Source of the DNA: a virus
Taxonomy: Duplodnaviria > Caudoviricetes
Direction: 5' to 3' (one strand)
DNA: 64,000 bases
IMG/VR virus record: IMGVR_UViG_3300032226_000905
Coordinates: 1 to 64,000 of that record
The position numbers were made by a program, and so were the translations under genes. The notes under the pieces were generated by a model. That model saw only the letters and a program-made list of their open reading frames with translations, was not told the DNA's origin and did no database searches. Shown in pieces: positions 48,765 through 57,355 of the stretch (positions are counted from its first letter, which is position 1; each line of letters starts with the position of its first letter).

Positions 48765-49037
48765 TTATGGACGTTGAGGATATATGCCCTGTGTTGAGAT
48801 CACTGCACGGGGACCATTGTTCCAATCCTGTGCCTTGACTCCGGGCGCTCGTGGATCCATCGGGCGTAGATCTGGCAAGCAAAAATTATTACGGCCATCG
48901 CCACCATATCTTGTTCCCATCAGCGAGTATAGTGCTGCATTCTGCTGTATAGACAAACATTGTCCATTTGCTTCAAGAAATCCAACAGGGGCAAAAGTTC
49001 CTGTAAACCACATCACCATGCCTAAAATTATTTCCAT
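48765..49037 (-). CDS. Stand-alone phage tail-collar domain protein
   Basis: GMVMWFTGTFAPVGFLEANGQ.L...NAALYSLMGTRYGGDG..NF.LPDLR. Confidence 0.8.
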   Translation of the reverse strand: MEIILGMVMWFTGTFAPVGFLEANGQCLSIQQNAALYSLMGTRYGGDGRNNFCLPDLRPMDPRAPGVKAQDWNNGPRAVISTQGIYPQRP

Positions 49038-49048
49038 TCTTTTTCTCC

Positions 49049-49600
49049 TTATATGAGTCTTTGATTGACAGCGTCCCAATTGATGATACGCCAAATATTG
49101 TTTAAGTATTTGGCTTTATCCTGTTGATAGTCTAACGCCCAGGCATGTTCCCAAGCATCTATCAGTAGTGAGATCTTCATACCTTTACGGTATTCATGAT
49201 TATGAATAGTATGTAGTTTACCATCATAATCCATATAAATCCAGTTTGAACCCTGTGCAGCCATAAATTCTTTTTCAACCGCTTCTTTGAACTTATCAAA
49301 GTCTCCATACTTTTCATCTATTAGAGATTTACTGAGTCCCTCGGGCTTATTAGCAGCCCTCGGCGGGGTAAGATTAGAAAAGAATATATTGTGTAGCATA
49401 GCGCCACCATAGTTAAAATCAGCGTCGCCTTCACCTTTATTGTATCGTTCAGAATACTTTGCGGCCAAACCATCATAATGATATTTGATTGTAGCTTCGC
49501 TCATCACGGGCTCTAGCTCTTTCTTGTCAAATTTGAGCTTGTCCTGATATATTTCACGTCGATCTGTATTTTCGGTTATACTTTTAATAAAATGTAGCAT
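49049..49600 (-). CDS. sod: Divergent Fe/Mn superoxide dismutase
   Basis: LEPVMSEATIKYH, LHNIFF, DAWEHAW; four metal ligands present; start set at 49600 (TAAATA-5-ATG). Confidence 0.8.
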   Translation of the reverse strand: MLHFIKSITENTDRREIYQDKLKFDKKELEPVMSEATIKYHYDGLAAKYSERYNKGEGDADFNYGGAMLHNIFFSNLTPPRAANKPEGLSKSLIDEKYGDFDKFKEAVEKEFMAAQGSNWIYMDYDGKLHTIHNHEYRKGMKISLLIDAWEHAWALDYQQDKAKYLNNIWRIINWDAVNQRLI

Positions 49601-49641
49601 AAGCATATTTACCGTATAAATAACCTACAAGGAGATTTAAT

Positions 49642-49953
49642 ATGGAAATCTTATTAGCGATCGCTGTTATAGTTGTAATTGGAGCTCTTATCTATTTTAA
49701 TAGAAATAATAAAGGTCTCGATGTCAACAAAGACGGCAAGATTGATTCTGCTGATGTAAAGGCCGCTGTTCAAAATGTAGTCTGTGGAGTTAAAGAAACT
49801 GCAGATGTCAACAAAGACGGTAAGGTTGACGCTGCTGACGCTGCGGTAGTTGTTGAGAAAGCTAAAACAGAAGTTAAAAAGGCCGCTACGAAAGCCAAAA
49901 CTGCTGCTAAGAAAGTGACAACTCGCGGTCGCAAGCCAGCGGCTCAGAAGTAA
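49642..49953 (+). CDS. Membrane-anchored protein with two EF-hand/dockerin-like loops and K/A-rich tail
   Basis: N-terminal TM; DVNKDGKIDSAD and DVNKDGKVDAAD; TATAAATA at 49615-49622 and AAGGAG SD. Confidence 0.7.
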   Translation: MEILLAIAVIVVIGALIYFNRNNKGLDVNKDGKIDSADVKAAVQNVVCGVKETADVNKDGKVDAADAAVVVEKAKTEVKKAATKAKTAAKKVTTRGRKPAAQK

Positions 49954-50968
49954 TCTTTTTAGCCTCTTCGTAGAGTGCGAAAGAAGCCAAGTTCTTTGCC
50001 TTTGACTCACACATAATATCGAACTGATCCCAAAAACTCAGTGCCCACTGATTCGCTGCTGTATTCCAGTAGAAGTTTGAGTGTGCTCTGAGTTTTGCTT
50101 TTTTGTGACCGCCTTCCATCAACGCATGAAGGGAGGGAAGGGAGTCTGCGGAATGGTCAATAAGATGCTCTTCCCGTGATACACTATAATGTATAACAGG
50201 CCGAACACTACGCCAACTGTCAATAATCCTTTTAACACGGTCGTCAGTAGTTTCAATGTATTCTCCAGTTTTAATCCAATGATGATGAATGTCTAAGACC
50301 AAGGCACAATGATCAACAAGTTCGATGCTATCTTCAATACCCCAGGTCATTTCGTCGTTTTCGATTGTAAGAGTATTACGAGCTTCGGGAGTCATTCGGC
50401 TTAGTGCGCTGATAATACCTTTCGGGCCTTGTCGACCTGCGATATGCACATTGATCTTAAAGTCTTGGAATGCCTGACCATAGCCCATCCAGCGAGCCAT
50501 GTCTACGTGATACTCAAATTCTTCTATTGAGCGATCGACAATATCTGGACTATCGCTAGCAAGCACAGTAAACTGGCCGGGATGAAAACTAAGCCGAACA
50601 CGATTCTCACGGGCCAAGTCACCCACTGTCGAAAAATTTCTTTCGCAATAGGCTCGGACATCATGCTGCCTCCAAAACCGCTTCCAATTAGGCTCAGTAT
50701 ATACAGGCAATATATCACTGCTGAGTCGTACCATTCTAAGATTTTCATCAAGGGTTCCTACCTTTTCAACTAGTTTACGTACAGCTTCAATGTTACCTAC
50801 CATTAGGTCCCAGAGTTTTTGTTCAGCAACAGGTTTGGTTTGCCGATTCAACCATGCTACAGTAGTACTGCCAGTATTATACTGTTTGCAGTTGTCTTTT
50901 TGTTTAATACCGTCGATCTGTGAAGGACCGTCGATCCATTTACAGGCAAAGCCTATGCGTTTGGTCAT
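49907..50968 (-). CDS. uvsE: UV-damage endonuclease UvsE/UVDE
   Basis: RIGFAC, VRLSS, RLSFHPGQF, IENDE, LVLDIHHHW, HYS, RAHS, MCESKAK. Confidence 0.88.
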   Translation of the reverse strand: MTKRIGFACKWIDGPSQIDGIKQKDNCKQYNTGSTTVAWLNRQTKPVAEQKLWDLMVGNIEAVRKLVEKVGTLDENLRMVRLSSDILPVYTEPNWKRFWRQHDVRAYCERNFSTVGDLARENRVRLSFHPGQFTVLASDSPDIVDRSIEEFEYHVDMARWMGYGQAFQDFKINVHIAGRQGPKGIISALSRMTPEARNTLTIENDEMTWGIEDSIELVDHCALVLDIHHHWIKTGEYIETTDDRVKRIIDSWRSVRPVIHYSVSREEHLIDHSADSLPSLHALMEGGHKKAKLRAHSNFYWNTAANQWALSFWDQFDIMCESKAKNLASFALYEEAKKITSEPLACDRELSLS

Positions 50969-51136
50969 TTAGTGTACAGCTTCCCTGACATCTACTTCAC
51001 ACTCGACTACCCAATTATTAAATTCGGTAAACTTGTTGACTTCTATGCCTAGCCCAACTGCTTCGTTTACAAAGTGTTGTAGAAGTGCATTATAAAGTTC
51101 GTCGGGCATTGTGTCTTTATCAAATTGAATTTTCAT
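50969..51136 (-). CDS. Small hypothetical protein (55 aa)
   Basis: Not in ORF track; MKIQFDKDTMPDELYNALLQHF... fills gap exactly. Confidence 0.55.
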   Translation of the reverse strand: MKIQFDKDTMPDELYNALLQHFVNEAVGLGIEVNKFTEFNNWVVECEVDVREAVH

Positions 51137-51359
51137 TAGATAATCCTGAAATAAGAAGTTCTCGTTCAGTCATATACGCTACGGGTTTAATCCAGCCACG
51201 ATCGAGACATTCTGTTAAAATCAATTTATATTCGTAGGGAATATGTTGATTGATTTCAAATCCTGCTCGCGGTGCTTGAACAAACTTATCAACAATATGA
51301 AACCTGGGATCATCTTGTTTGATTGTACGAATTTGACTTTGGTGTGTAGTAAATGTCAT
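51120..51359 (-). CDS. Hypothetical protein
   Basis: 79 aa; directly downstream of promoter. Confidence 0.6.
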   Translation of the reverse strand: MTFTTHQSQIRTIKQDDPRFHIVDKFVQAPRAGFEINQHIPYEYKLILTECLDRGWIKPVAYMTERELLISGLSNENSI

Positions 51360-51365
51360 ACTGTA

Positions 51366-51394
51366 AGCATAACATCGTTATCGCCAGTTGTCAA
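51366..51394 (-). promoter_or_regulatory. Sigma70-type promoter, leaderless
   Basis: TTGACA-17-TATGCT-6 nt-ATG(51359). Confidence 0.7.
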
Positions 51395-52199
51395 CTACAT
51401 ATGGATCCGTTATATCATGTGGATTTGGATCACCGTGAAACACACAGATTGAACAGCCTTTCGGAATAGTTACATCTCTTGCTGTTTTAAAAAATCTACG
51501 GCCGCCACCCATAGTCAGTTCGGACCGATTTCGAATTTCCCATTTGTAGCTCTGTATCCAAATTTCTGGAAAAAATTTAATCCTTGTTTTGGCTACTTGC
51601 CAGATCCAATCTTGATCACCGTGTAATCTCTGAGCTCGGCTCTGATCATTTTTGAACACAGTGTAGATATCTGGATGCAGACCAGCTGGCCAAGTCATGA
51701 CAGAACTGTTGAGAATATTCCATTTAGGATTGAATTTTCTGTTGAAATCTCTGATTCCTAGAAACTCTTGTCCCTGATCTAAAACTAATTTATTGATATT
51801 GTCGTGAATAATTACATCGAGATCCATATACAATATCCTACCCGGTAATTTTAAATCGGGATCGAACATGTGTACCTTGTGCCACCAACCTTTAACGTAT
51901 CCCTGATTAGGATACACAAGACTCTTCACTCCGTCGATGGGATGTTGATCATCGGTTAGGCAATAGAATTCATAGGGGATAGTTAGATGTCTCGAAACCA
52001 TATTGCGAAGTTTTTCCACATAGTCGCGACCGTATTTGGTTCCGAATCTCACACATAGCACAGAAATAGGAGGCCCATTGTATTCTAGTTTAGGCTCTTG
52101 AATTATGGGAGCCGGTACAGGCACATCATCCGGAAGATGTCCAAATCTTTTATAATGCTGCCACTGTTCTTTAGTTAGACCTTCTTTTGACAACTTCAT
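51378..52199 (-). CDS. Glycosyltransferase (GT-A, DxD)
   Basis: [44 protein letters not shown]. Confidence 0.8.
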   Translation of the reverse strand: MKLSKEGLTKEQWQHYKRFGHLPDDVPVPAPIIQEPKLEYNGPPISVLCVRFGTKYGRDYVEKLRNMVSRHLTIPYEFYCLTDDQHPIDGVKSLVYPNQGYVKGWWHKVHMFDPDLKLPGRILYMDLDVIIHDNINKLVLDQGQEFLGIRDFNRKFNPKWNILNSSVMTWPAGLHPDIYTVFKNDQSRAQRLHGDQDWIWQVAKTRIKFFPEIWIQSYKWEIRNRSELTMGGGRRFFKTARDVTIPKGCSICVFHGDPNPHDITDPYVVDNWR

Positions 52200-53004
52200 C
52201 TATGGCCACCAATTCTTCTAATATATTTTTTAATTTGTCTAAGTGAACCATATTAGGTCCATCACTAGGAGCTGCATCGGGATTTTCGTGAGTTTCCATA
52301 AACACACCAGCAATACATCCTGTGGCTACAGCCGCCCTCGCCAAGTATGGGACCATAGTTCGATCACCGCCGGATCGTTCTCCCATTCCCCCAGGCTGTT
52401 GGACAGAATGAGTGGCATCAAAGACCACTGGATACCCGGTGCTTGCCATAATGGGTAGACTACGCATATCAACAACAAGATTATTATATCCATGAGTGTA
52501 TCCTCTTTCACATAACATAATACGTTCATTTCCAGTTGAGGCAATTTTTGCCGCAACGTTCTTCATATCGTGGGGTGCAAGAAATTGCCCTTTCTTGACA
52601 TTGATAGCACATCCAGTTTCACCTGCGGCTAGTAATAGATCAGTCTGTCTACATAGGAATGCTGGTATCTGTAGTACATCAATGCCAGCATCTGCAACTA
52701 ATTGTGCTTGATATGATTCATGAATATCAGTTAGAACGGGAATTCCAAATTCATGTTTGATTGAATTTAAAATTTTAAGTCCTTCGTCAATACCTATTCC
52801 TCTTTTAGTAGAGATGCTAGATCTATTAGCTTTGTCAAAACTGCTTTTGTAAACTAAATCGATATCTAATTCGTCGCAGATTTCTTTTATACTACCTGCT
52901 AAAAATTCGGCATGACTCTGACTTTCAATTTGGCAGGGTCCGGCTATAATAAAGATTTTATTATCGTTGCCGGCAACGATTCGATTGATAGAAAGTGATT
53001 TCAC
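52171..53004 (-). CDS. kdsA: KDO-8-phosphate synthase
   Basis: [61 protein letters not shown]. Confidence 0.95.
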   Translation of the reverse strand: MKSLSINRIVAGNDNKIFIIAGPCQIESQSHAEFLAGSIKEICDELDIDLVYKSSFDKANRSSISTKRGIGIDEGLKILNSIKHEFGIPVLTDIHESYQAQLVADAGIDVLQIPAFLCRQTDLLLAAGETGCAINVKKGQFLAPHDMKNVAAKIASTGNERIMLCERGYTHGYNNLVVDMRSLPIMASTGYPVVFDATHSVQQPGGMGERSGGDRTMVPYLARAAVATGCIAGVFMETHENPDAAPSDGPNMVHLDKLKNILEELVAIDEVVKRRSN

Positions 53005-53011
53005 AGAATAT

Positions 53012-53203
53012 TTACCAGTGTCTAATTACGTTTACAATAATAAACAAACAAGTGATCACATGAATTATTACCCAAAATGTTTTAAGAAATAATGCAATTC
53101 TTGCTTCACGTATAGTAAGAATAGGAACATCCGGACGATCTTCGTCCGTCTGCCCCATTAGATGCCCAGTTGCCCGAGCCCATATACGTTCAAAACTATT
53201 CAT
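53012..53203 (-). CDS. Small membrane protein
   Basis: C-terminal TM helix. Confidence 0.55.
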   Translation of the reverse strand: MNSFERIWARATGHLMGQTDEDRPDVPILTIREARIALFLKTFWVIIHVITCLFIIVNVIRHW

Positions 53204-53724
53204 CCTTCGTATGTGGCTGAGTTGCCTGCATGTTCAAATACTTCTACTGAACGAAGACGAACACCTCGCCCAACAGGATATCGTGCTTCAAATATACGAC
53301 CATCAGGATGTGTCCAGCCATCGCCTGTTTGATAAGAATTGAGTATTTCGTTCATTGTACGATACGCTAGTTCAGCAAACTTTTCACAGCCCACAGCTTC
53401 TACGATACGTAGGTCACAAATGCCACCATCGGCCTGTTTGCCTAATTTGGCCATTTGTTTGAAAAGTTCTAAATGAGGGTCGTCTGAACCTACACACAGA
53501 GTATGATCAAACTGCCACTCCGACCATTCTTTGAATGCTTTGAGTCCACCGAAGTCCATGACCCAATTACGATCGTCTAGGGTTTCTGATTCAAAGATTA
53601 GTTTGATACCGATTGAGTATCCGTGTAGTAATGAGCAATGACTGTGAGTTGATCGCCATTGTCTAAAACAGCATGACAGGCCTCTGTCATTGCCGTAGGT
53701 TTTTGTTGAAAGATATTTCGCCAT
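53200..53724 (-). CDS. queD: 6-carboxytetrahydropterin synthase QueD
   Basis: CSLLHGY, WVMDFG, FDH, CEKFAE, VEVFE; start MAKY at 53724 with AGGAGG SD. Confidence 0.85.
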   Translation of the reverse strand: MAKYLSTKTYGNDRGLSCCFRQWRSTHSHCSLLHGYSIGIKLIFESETLDDRNWVMDFGGLKAFKEWSEWQFDHTLCVGSDDPHLELFKQMAKLGKQADGGICDLRIVEAVGCEKFAELAYRTMNEILNSYQTGDGWTHPDGRIFEARYPVGRGVRLRSVEVFEHAGNSATYEG

Positions 53725-53758
53725 CTCTTGCCTCCTATGCATAAAGCGAGTAAGTTTG

Positions 53759-53809
53759 ATGACATGCAGAATTTATAAAGCGGGTTGAATGCCATGGAAG
53801 ACCGCTGAT
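53759..53809 (-). ncRNA. Candidate preQ1-I-like riboswitch aptamer in queD leader
   Basis: P1 AGCGG/CCGCU, U after P1, AC before P1 3' strand, UUAUAAA tail, P2 AUGGCAU/AUGUCAU; begins at predicted TSS. Confidence 0.5.
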
Positions 53810-54444
53810 GAACTATTATAAGATATATTTAACGTAAATGCAACATCAAATGTTGAAATGCGGACATTCTTTTTTCGCCATTCTTCGGGGCACTGCCATT
53901 CTTTGAAATTGATAATATTGAACTCGGTGTCAGGATAATAATGAAATACTCGCTCGATCTGATATCTCCAATATGAAGGATCTACGGCCGTTGATGCAGA
54001 ACTGGAATAGTTGTCAGTATCTCTGTAAATATTATTGACACGACCCTGCCTTCCGTAGAGATCCATCCCAACGATATCTATAGATTTAAATCCAAGCCTG
54101 GCTGCTAAAAGAACTGCATACGGGCCACTGCCCCAATGTTCTGGATTATCGGGACGGTGTTTACTCTGATAGGGCAATTCGGGTAATAGTTTTACATTTT
54201 TATTTTTTTCTATCTTACGGAAATAATGATGCCAGTGATTTCTTACATAGATTGTAGTAGAGTCTGTATTGGGATTTTCTAAAGCTTCTCTCACCATTCT
54301 TTGGTCACAGCAGATTAAATGATCTACAATAAGATCTCTATGCACGGCATTGCAACCGATCAATGTGTGAGTATTTTTTAGTAGAGAAATATCAAGACTT
54401 TTACGACTTTCGCCGTTGCCGATGACTAGGGCTTTTGAGCCCAT
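53773..54444 (-). CDS. MAF/DUF115-like putative glycosyltransferase
   Basis: ALVIGNGESR, IGCNA, GSGPYA, IDIVGMDL motifs; start MGSK at 54444. Confidence 0.6.
   Translation of the reverse strand: MGSKALVIGNGESRKSLDISLLKNTHTLIGCNAVHRDLIVDHLICCDQRMVREALENPNTDSTTIYVRNHWHHYFRKIEKNKNVKLLPELPYQSKHRPDNPEHWGSGPYAVLLAARLGFKSIDIVGMDLYGRQGRVNNIYRDTDNYSSSASTAVDPSYWRYQIERVFHYYPDTEFNIINFKEWQCPEEWRKKNVRISTFDVAFTLNISYNSSSAVFHGIQPAL
53815..53843 (-). promoter_or_regulatory. Sigma70-type promoter of queD
   Basis: TTGCAT-17-TATAAT. Confidence 0.7.
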
Positions 54445-54445
54445 A

Positions 54446-55321
54446 TTATCCTCTTTCTTTGATCTCGCCGAATGGATACCAGCTGCCTGGGTTTCCTGCA
54501 CGTAGGCAGATCCAACCTACGTTTCTTCCTACAGTAGGATTGGTATTCCAGATGATGTCGGAGACATTATGATTGCCTTCTCTAGGAGGTTCAGAAGCGT
54601 AGCTATGTAGACGATTTCCAAATCGTATTGAGCCTGCCACATGTAAATCCACAGCAGGATCAGGGTTAGTTACACCCACGGCAAGTTTTCCGTTGATAGA
54701 TACTTGAACAGGATTTCTATTGAGATTTCCTAATTGTATATTACCGCTGGCAGAGACAGTGATTCTAGGCGTGTTATCTGTGACTATATTAAAGTCTGTA
54801 GAAGCAAAAGTACCTACCATTCCCTGCATATTGCCAGTGGTACCTAGCATTACTTCTATGCCCATTTCTGCGACACTGAATCCTGCGTTAGGCGCTTCTG
54901 TTCCAAGCCCCAGACGATCACAGGCTGCGTTATAGAATAGATACTGATTGATACTAACAGAACCGTCTACGATCAATCCTCTGAGTCTTCCTACAGACTG
55001 AAGGCTGCTTTTTGTAACAGTATTGCCTAACTCGATTTCACTTAAAACAGGCACTCCACCGATAGAAAATGTTTTTTTATTATCAAGATCGATGCTTTCT
55101 GATGAGAAGAATCTATCAGGATGGCTGTTGTAAACAAATTGTTTGGTGTATCCTTGACCGCTCCAGATTACGCCTTTACCATAATTATCAGTGCCTTTTT
55201 TAGCACGAAATTCAAGAAATTGTGTTATTTCTTGGGCTACAGGTCGATGAGCTGCATCAGCTAGATCTTTGATGATCTGATTGAGGTCTGTTAGGGATTG
55301 ATCTAAATTGGCATTGTTCAT
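54446..55321 (-). CDS. Probable virion/tail-fibre-like protein
   Basis: LGLGTEAP and LAVGVTNP...LHVAG repeats; start MNNANL (TAAATA-5-ATG). Confidence 0.55.
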   Translation of the reverse strand: MNNANLDQSLTDLNQIIKDLADAAHRPVAQEITQFLEFRAKKGTDNYGKGVIWSGQGYTKQFVYNSHPDRFFSSESIDLDNKKTFSIGGVPVLSEIELGNTVTKSSLQSVGRLRGLIVDGSVSINQYLFYNAACDRLGLGTEAPNAGFSVAEMGIEVMLGTTGNMQGMVGTFASTDFNIVTDNTPRITVSASGNIQLGNLNRNPVQVSINGKLAVGVTNPDPAVDLHVAGSIRFGNRLHSYASEPPREGNHNVSDIIWNTNPTVGRNVGWICLRAGNPGSWYPFGEIKERG

Positions 55322-55349
55322 ACCAATATTTATCACTCGCTAACAGAAT

Positions 55350-56543
55350 CTATGATTGTACTTTTAGCAGAATAGTATCTTCGTTGATACGTCCGTTGAG
55401 CTTGATATCTACTGCTTTAATGTCATCAAGAAACTTACGAAGTTGTACTTTACCAGCCGCTTTGAACTCTTTTAACTGCTCTTCAGGCTTACGCAGAGTC
55501 TTTTGCACAGATTTATACTCGTCAAACCCGGTGATTGATGTGCCTTTGACTCCTAGATCAGAGAATTCTCCTGCGATATATTTGCCTAATTTACGGGTCT
55601 TGATGTTGAAAATCCACAGTTCTTTAGCACCAATAATGTCTGTAGGGTTGATAGACACTAATTTTAGTGGCTCGTTGGTTTTGGAATATTTCAATTTAGC
55701 CACGAGTTTTTCCGCAGGAACTGATTTTTTAGCACGGGGTTTTTTATTGATCTTGGCTTCCTGCATCAGCATACCGCAGGCTGAAAGTATTTCGTTATAA
55801 AATGCCGAGATTTTTTTGATATGTGCTTTGCTCAAATGGCTGTAGCCTTCTTTAAGTTGATCGCACTTTCCTTCAAGTACTTCTAGATATTCGTCGTGCT
55901 GTCGCTGATATATATCTCGGATAATTCTAGCATGAGCAGCCTTAGCTTGCTTGCCTTTGAGCAAATTTAGGATTTTAAATGCTTTGGGATCAAATGCTTC
56001 TGGATCTTGGCTAAAGTTTTCTAATGTATCTTCGATTTCTTCGGTCATTTTGTAAGAAGCTTCGCGGAGTCGATCTTGAATAGTGATCTGAGGAACTGCA
56101 GGTTTGTCTTCTTCTACGACTTCGGGTTCAGCATCATTTTTGCCATCCTCGATGATCTTAGAGATCTGTTCTCCTAACCACTGTGCGGTATTTCGGCCGT
56201 CATTGAAGTCGGTACGTATTGGAGGCATGCCTTTGAGTAGATTGGCCGCGATAGATCCCATAGTAGAATTACAGCGAAAATCTTTGGTATCTTTGAATGC
56301 TTTGATTTGATCCTTAGTATACCCACTGGAGCTCATCCAACTAATGACCTTAGGTTTAAGGTCTCGCCCATTGAATTCCAAACGATAATAATCCATAGAT
56401 AAACGGAAATGACGATGAAATTGATCAGTATTCCAAGCTTCGTGTCCGTCCCATTTTGGACTCAGATCTTTAACAGATTTGAAACGGTGTTCTGCTACTT
56501 GTTTTTTAGTAATACGAGTTTTGGTTGCGGCTTTGGCCATCAT
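55350..56543 (-). CDS. Large basic hypothetical protein (early)
   Basis: 397-aa ORF with own sigma70-type promoter and AGGAG SD. Confidence 0.7.
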   Translation of the reverse strand: MMAKAATKTRITKKQVAEHRFKSVKDLSPKWDGHEAWNTDQFHRHFRLSMDYYRLEFNGRDLKPKVISWMSSSGYTKDQIKAFKDTKDFRCNSTMGSIAANLLKGMPPIRTDFNDGRNTAQWLGEQISKIIEDGKNDAEPEVVEEDKPAVPQITIQDRLREASYKMTEEIEDTLENFSQDPEAFDPKAFKILNLLKGKQAKAAHARIIRDIYQRQHDEYLEVLEGKCDQLKEGYSHLSKAHIKKISAFYNEILSACGMLMQEAKINKKPRAKKSVPAEKLVAKLKYSKTNEPLKLVSINPTDIIGAKELWIFNIKTRKLGKYIAGEFSDLGVKGTSITGFDEYKSVQKTLRKPEEQLKEFKAAGKVQLRKFLDDIKAVDIKLNGRINEDTILLKVQS

Positions 56544-56562
56544 CTGCTCCTATGGTGTAAGT

Positions 56563-56820
56563 TTATAATGTTATTATAGCACCATTATCATCAATGGTCA
56601 ACCGTTCTACTTCATCCATATCTCCGTCTTGAGTTTCTGAAAGTATAAAAATCTCTCCGCCTAATTCTTCTAAGGTTTTTTCGGCTAACTGTTTGGCCTC
56701 TTTAAGGCTTTTAGTAGTGTCGACAAGTTCTTCGTGGCCCTCGTCGTTATGCCATACTTCGTAAAGTTCCCATCTCATTTTGGGGTTATTAGTCTCCGTT
56801 AAATTTTTCCCAATCTCCAC
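56563..56820 (-). CDS. Hypothetical protein
   Basis: 85-aa ORF; start uncertain. Confidence 0.5.
   Translation of the reverse strand: MEIGKNLTETNNPKMRWELYEVWHNDEGHEELVDTTKSLKEAKQLAEKTLEELGGEIFILSETQDGDMDEVERLTIDDNGAIITL
56573..56601 (-). promoter_or_regulatory. Sigma70-type promoter
   Basis: TTGACC-17-TATAAT. Confidence 0.7.
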
Positions 56821-57355
56821 CAGGCGCTATTGCCCAGCCAAGACGCTGGAGATCATTCCGGATCTCGTCGGTGATATAACCTTCAGGAACATATTTACGC
56901 TGATTCCATAATTTTTCAGAATCTTCGTCCTGATAATCATTTCGAATGCCCGAACAATACCAATCTATATAGTCGCCTTGTTGTCGCATGTCTGCTATTA
57001 TGCCGCCAGAGTGTCTCCAAGAACATGACCATTCTTGTTGTTTAAGGATAGGAATCACATCTAATTTAATGAATCCGTTATTACACATAGACGCATATAG
57101 ATGCTGAGCGTAGGAATCATCGCCACGAACTTTCTCTAGAATCCAATCAGTAGTTAGAAGATCGTATTCCATATTGTTGACACGACTTTGGGGATCGTTA
57201 AACTTATTTTTATGTTCTTCTAAGACTTGTTCGAACCAATCAAGATAATTTTTGTTGATAGGTTCGCCTTTTTCTTCCTGTCGTTTAACATAGCCGCCCT
57301 TTTGGAAGCTATGTCGGTCAGGACTCTTACTGGGATTCTTCATACGACTTGACAA
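56789..57355 (-). CDS. Hypothetical protein
   Basis: 188-aa ORF with WSCSWR..GG...Y.DWYCSG. Confidence 0.6.
   Translation of the reverse strand: MSSRMKNPSKSPDRHSFQKGGYVKRQEEKGEPINKNYLDWFEQVLEEHKNKFNDPQSRVNNMEYDLLTTDWILEKVRGDDSYAQHLYASMCNNGFIKLDVIPILKQQEWSCSWRHSGGIIADMRQQGDYIDWYCSGIRNDYQDEDSEKLWNQRKYVPEGYITDEIRNDLQRLGWAIAPGGDWEKFNGD

Noticed and set aside
48763-48882. 40-aa N-terminal extension of IscU in the track
   Set aside because: Overlaps the tail-collar gene; IscU homology starts at MSYSEKV (48762)
49907-50968. UvsE, ThyX, PhoH and MazG-like genes as novelties
   Set aside because: Commonly carried by large aquatic phages; nothing unusual seen in their motifs
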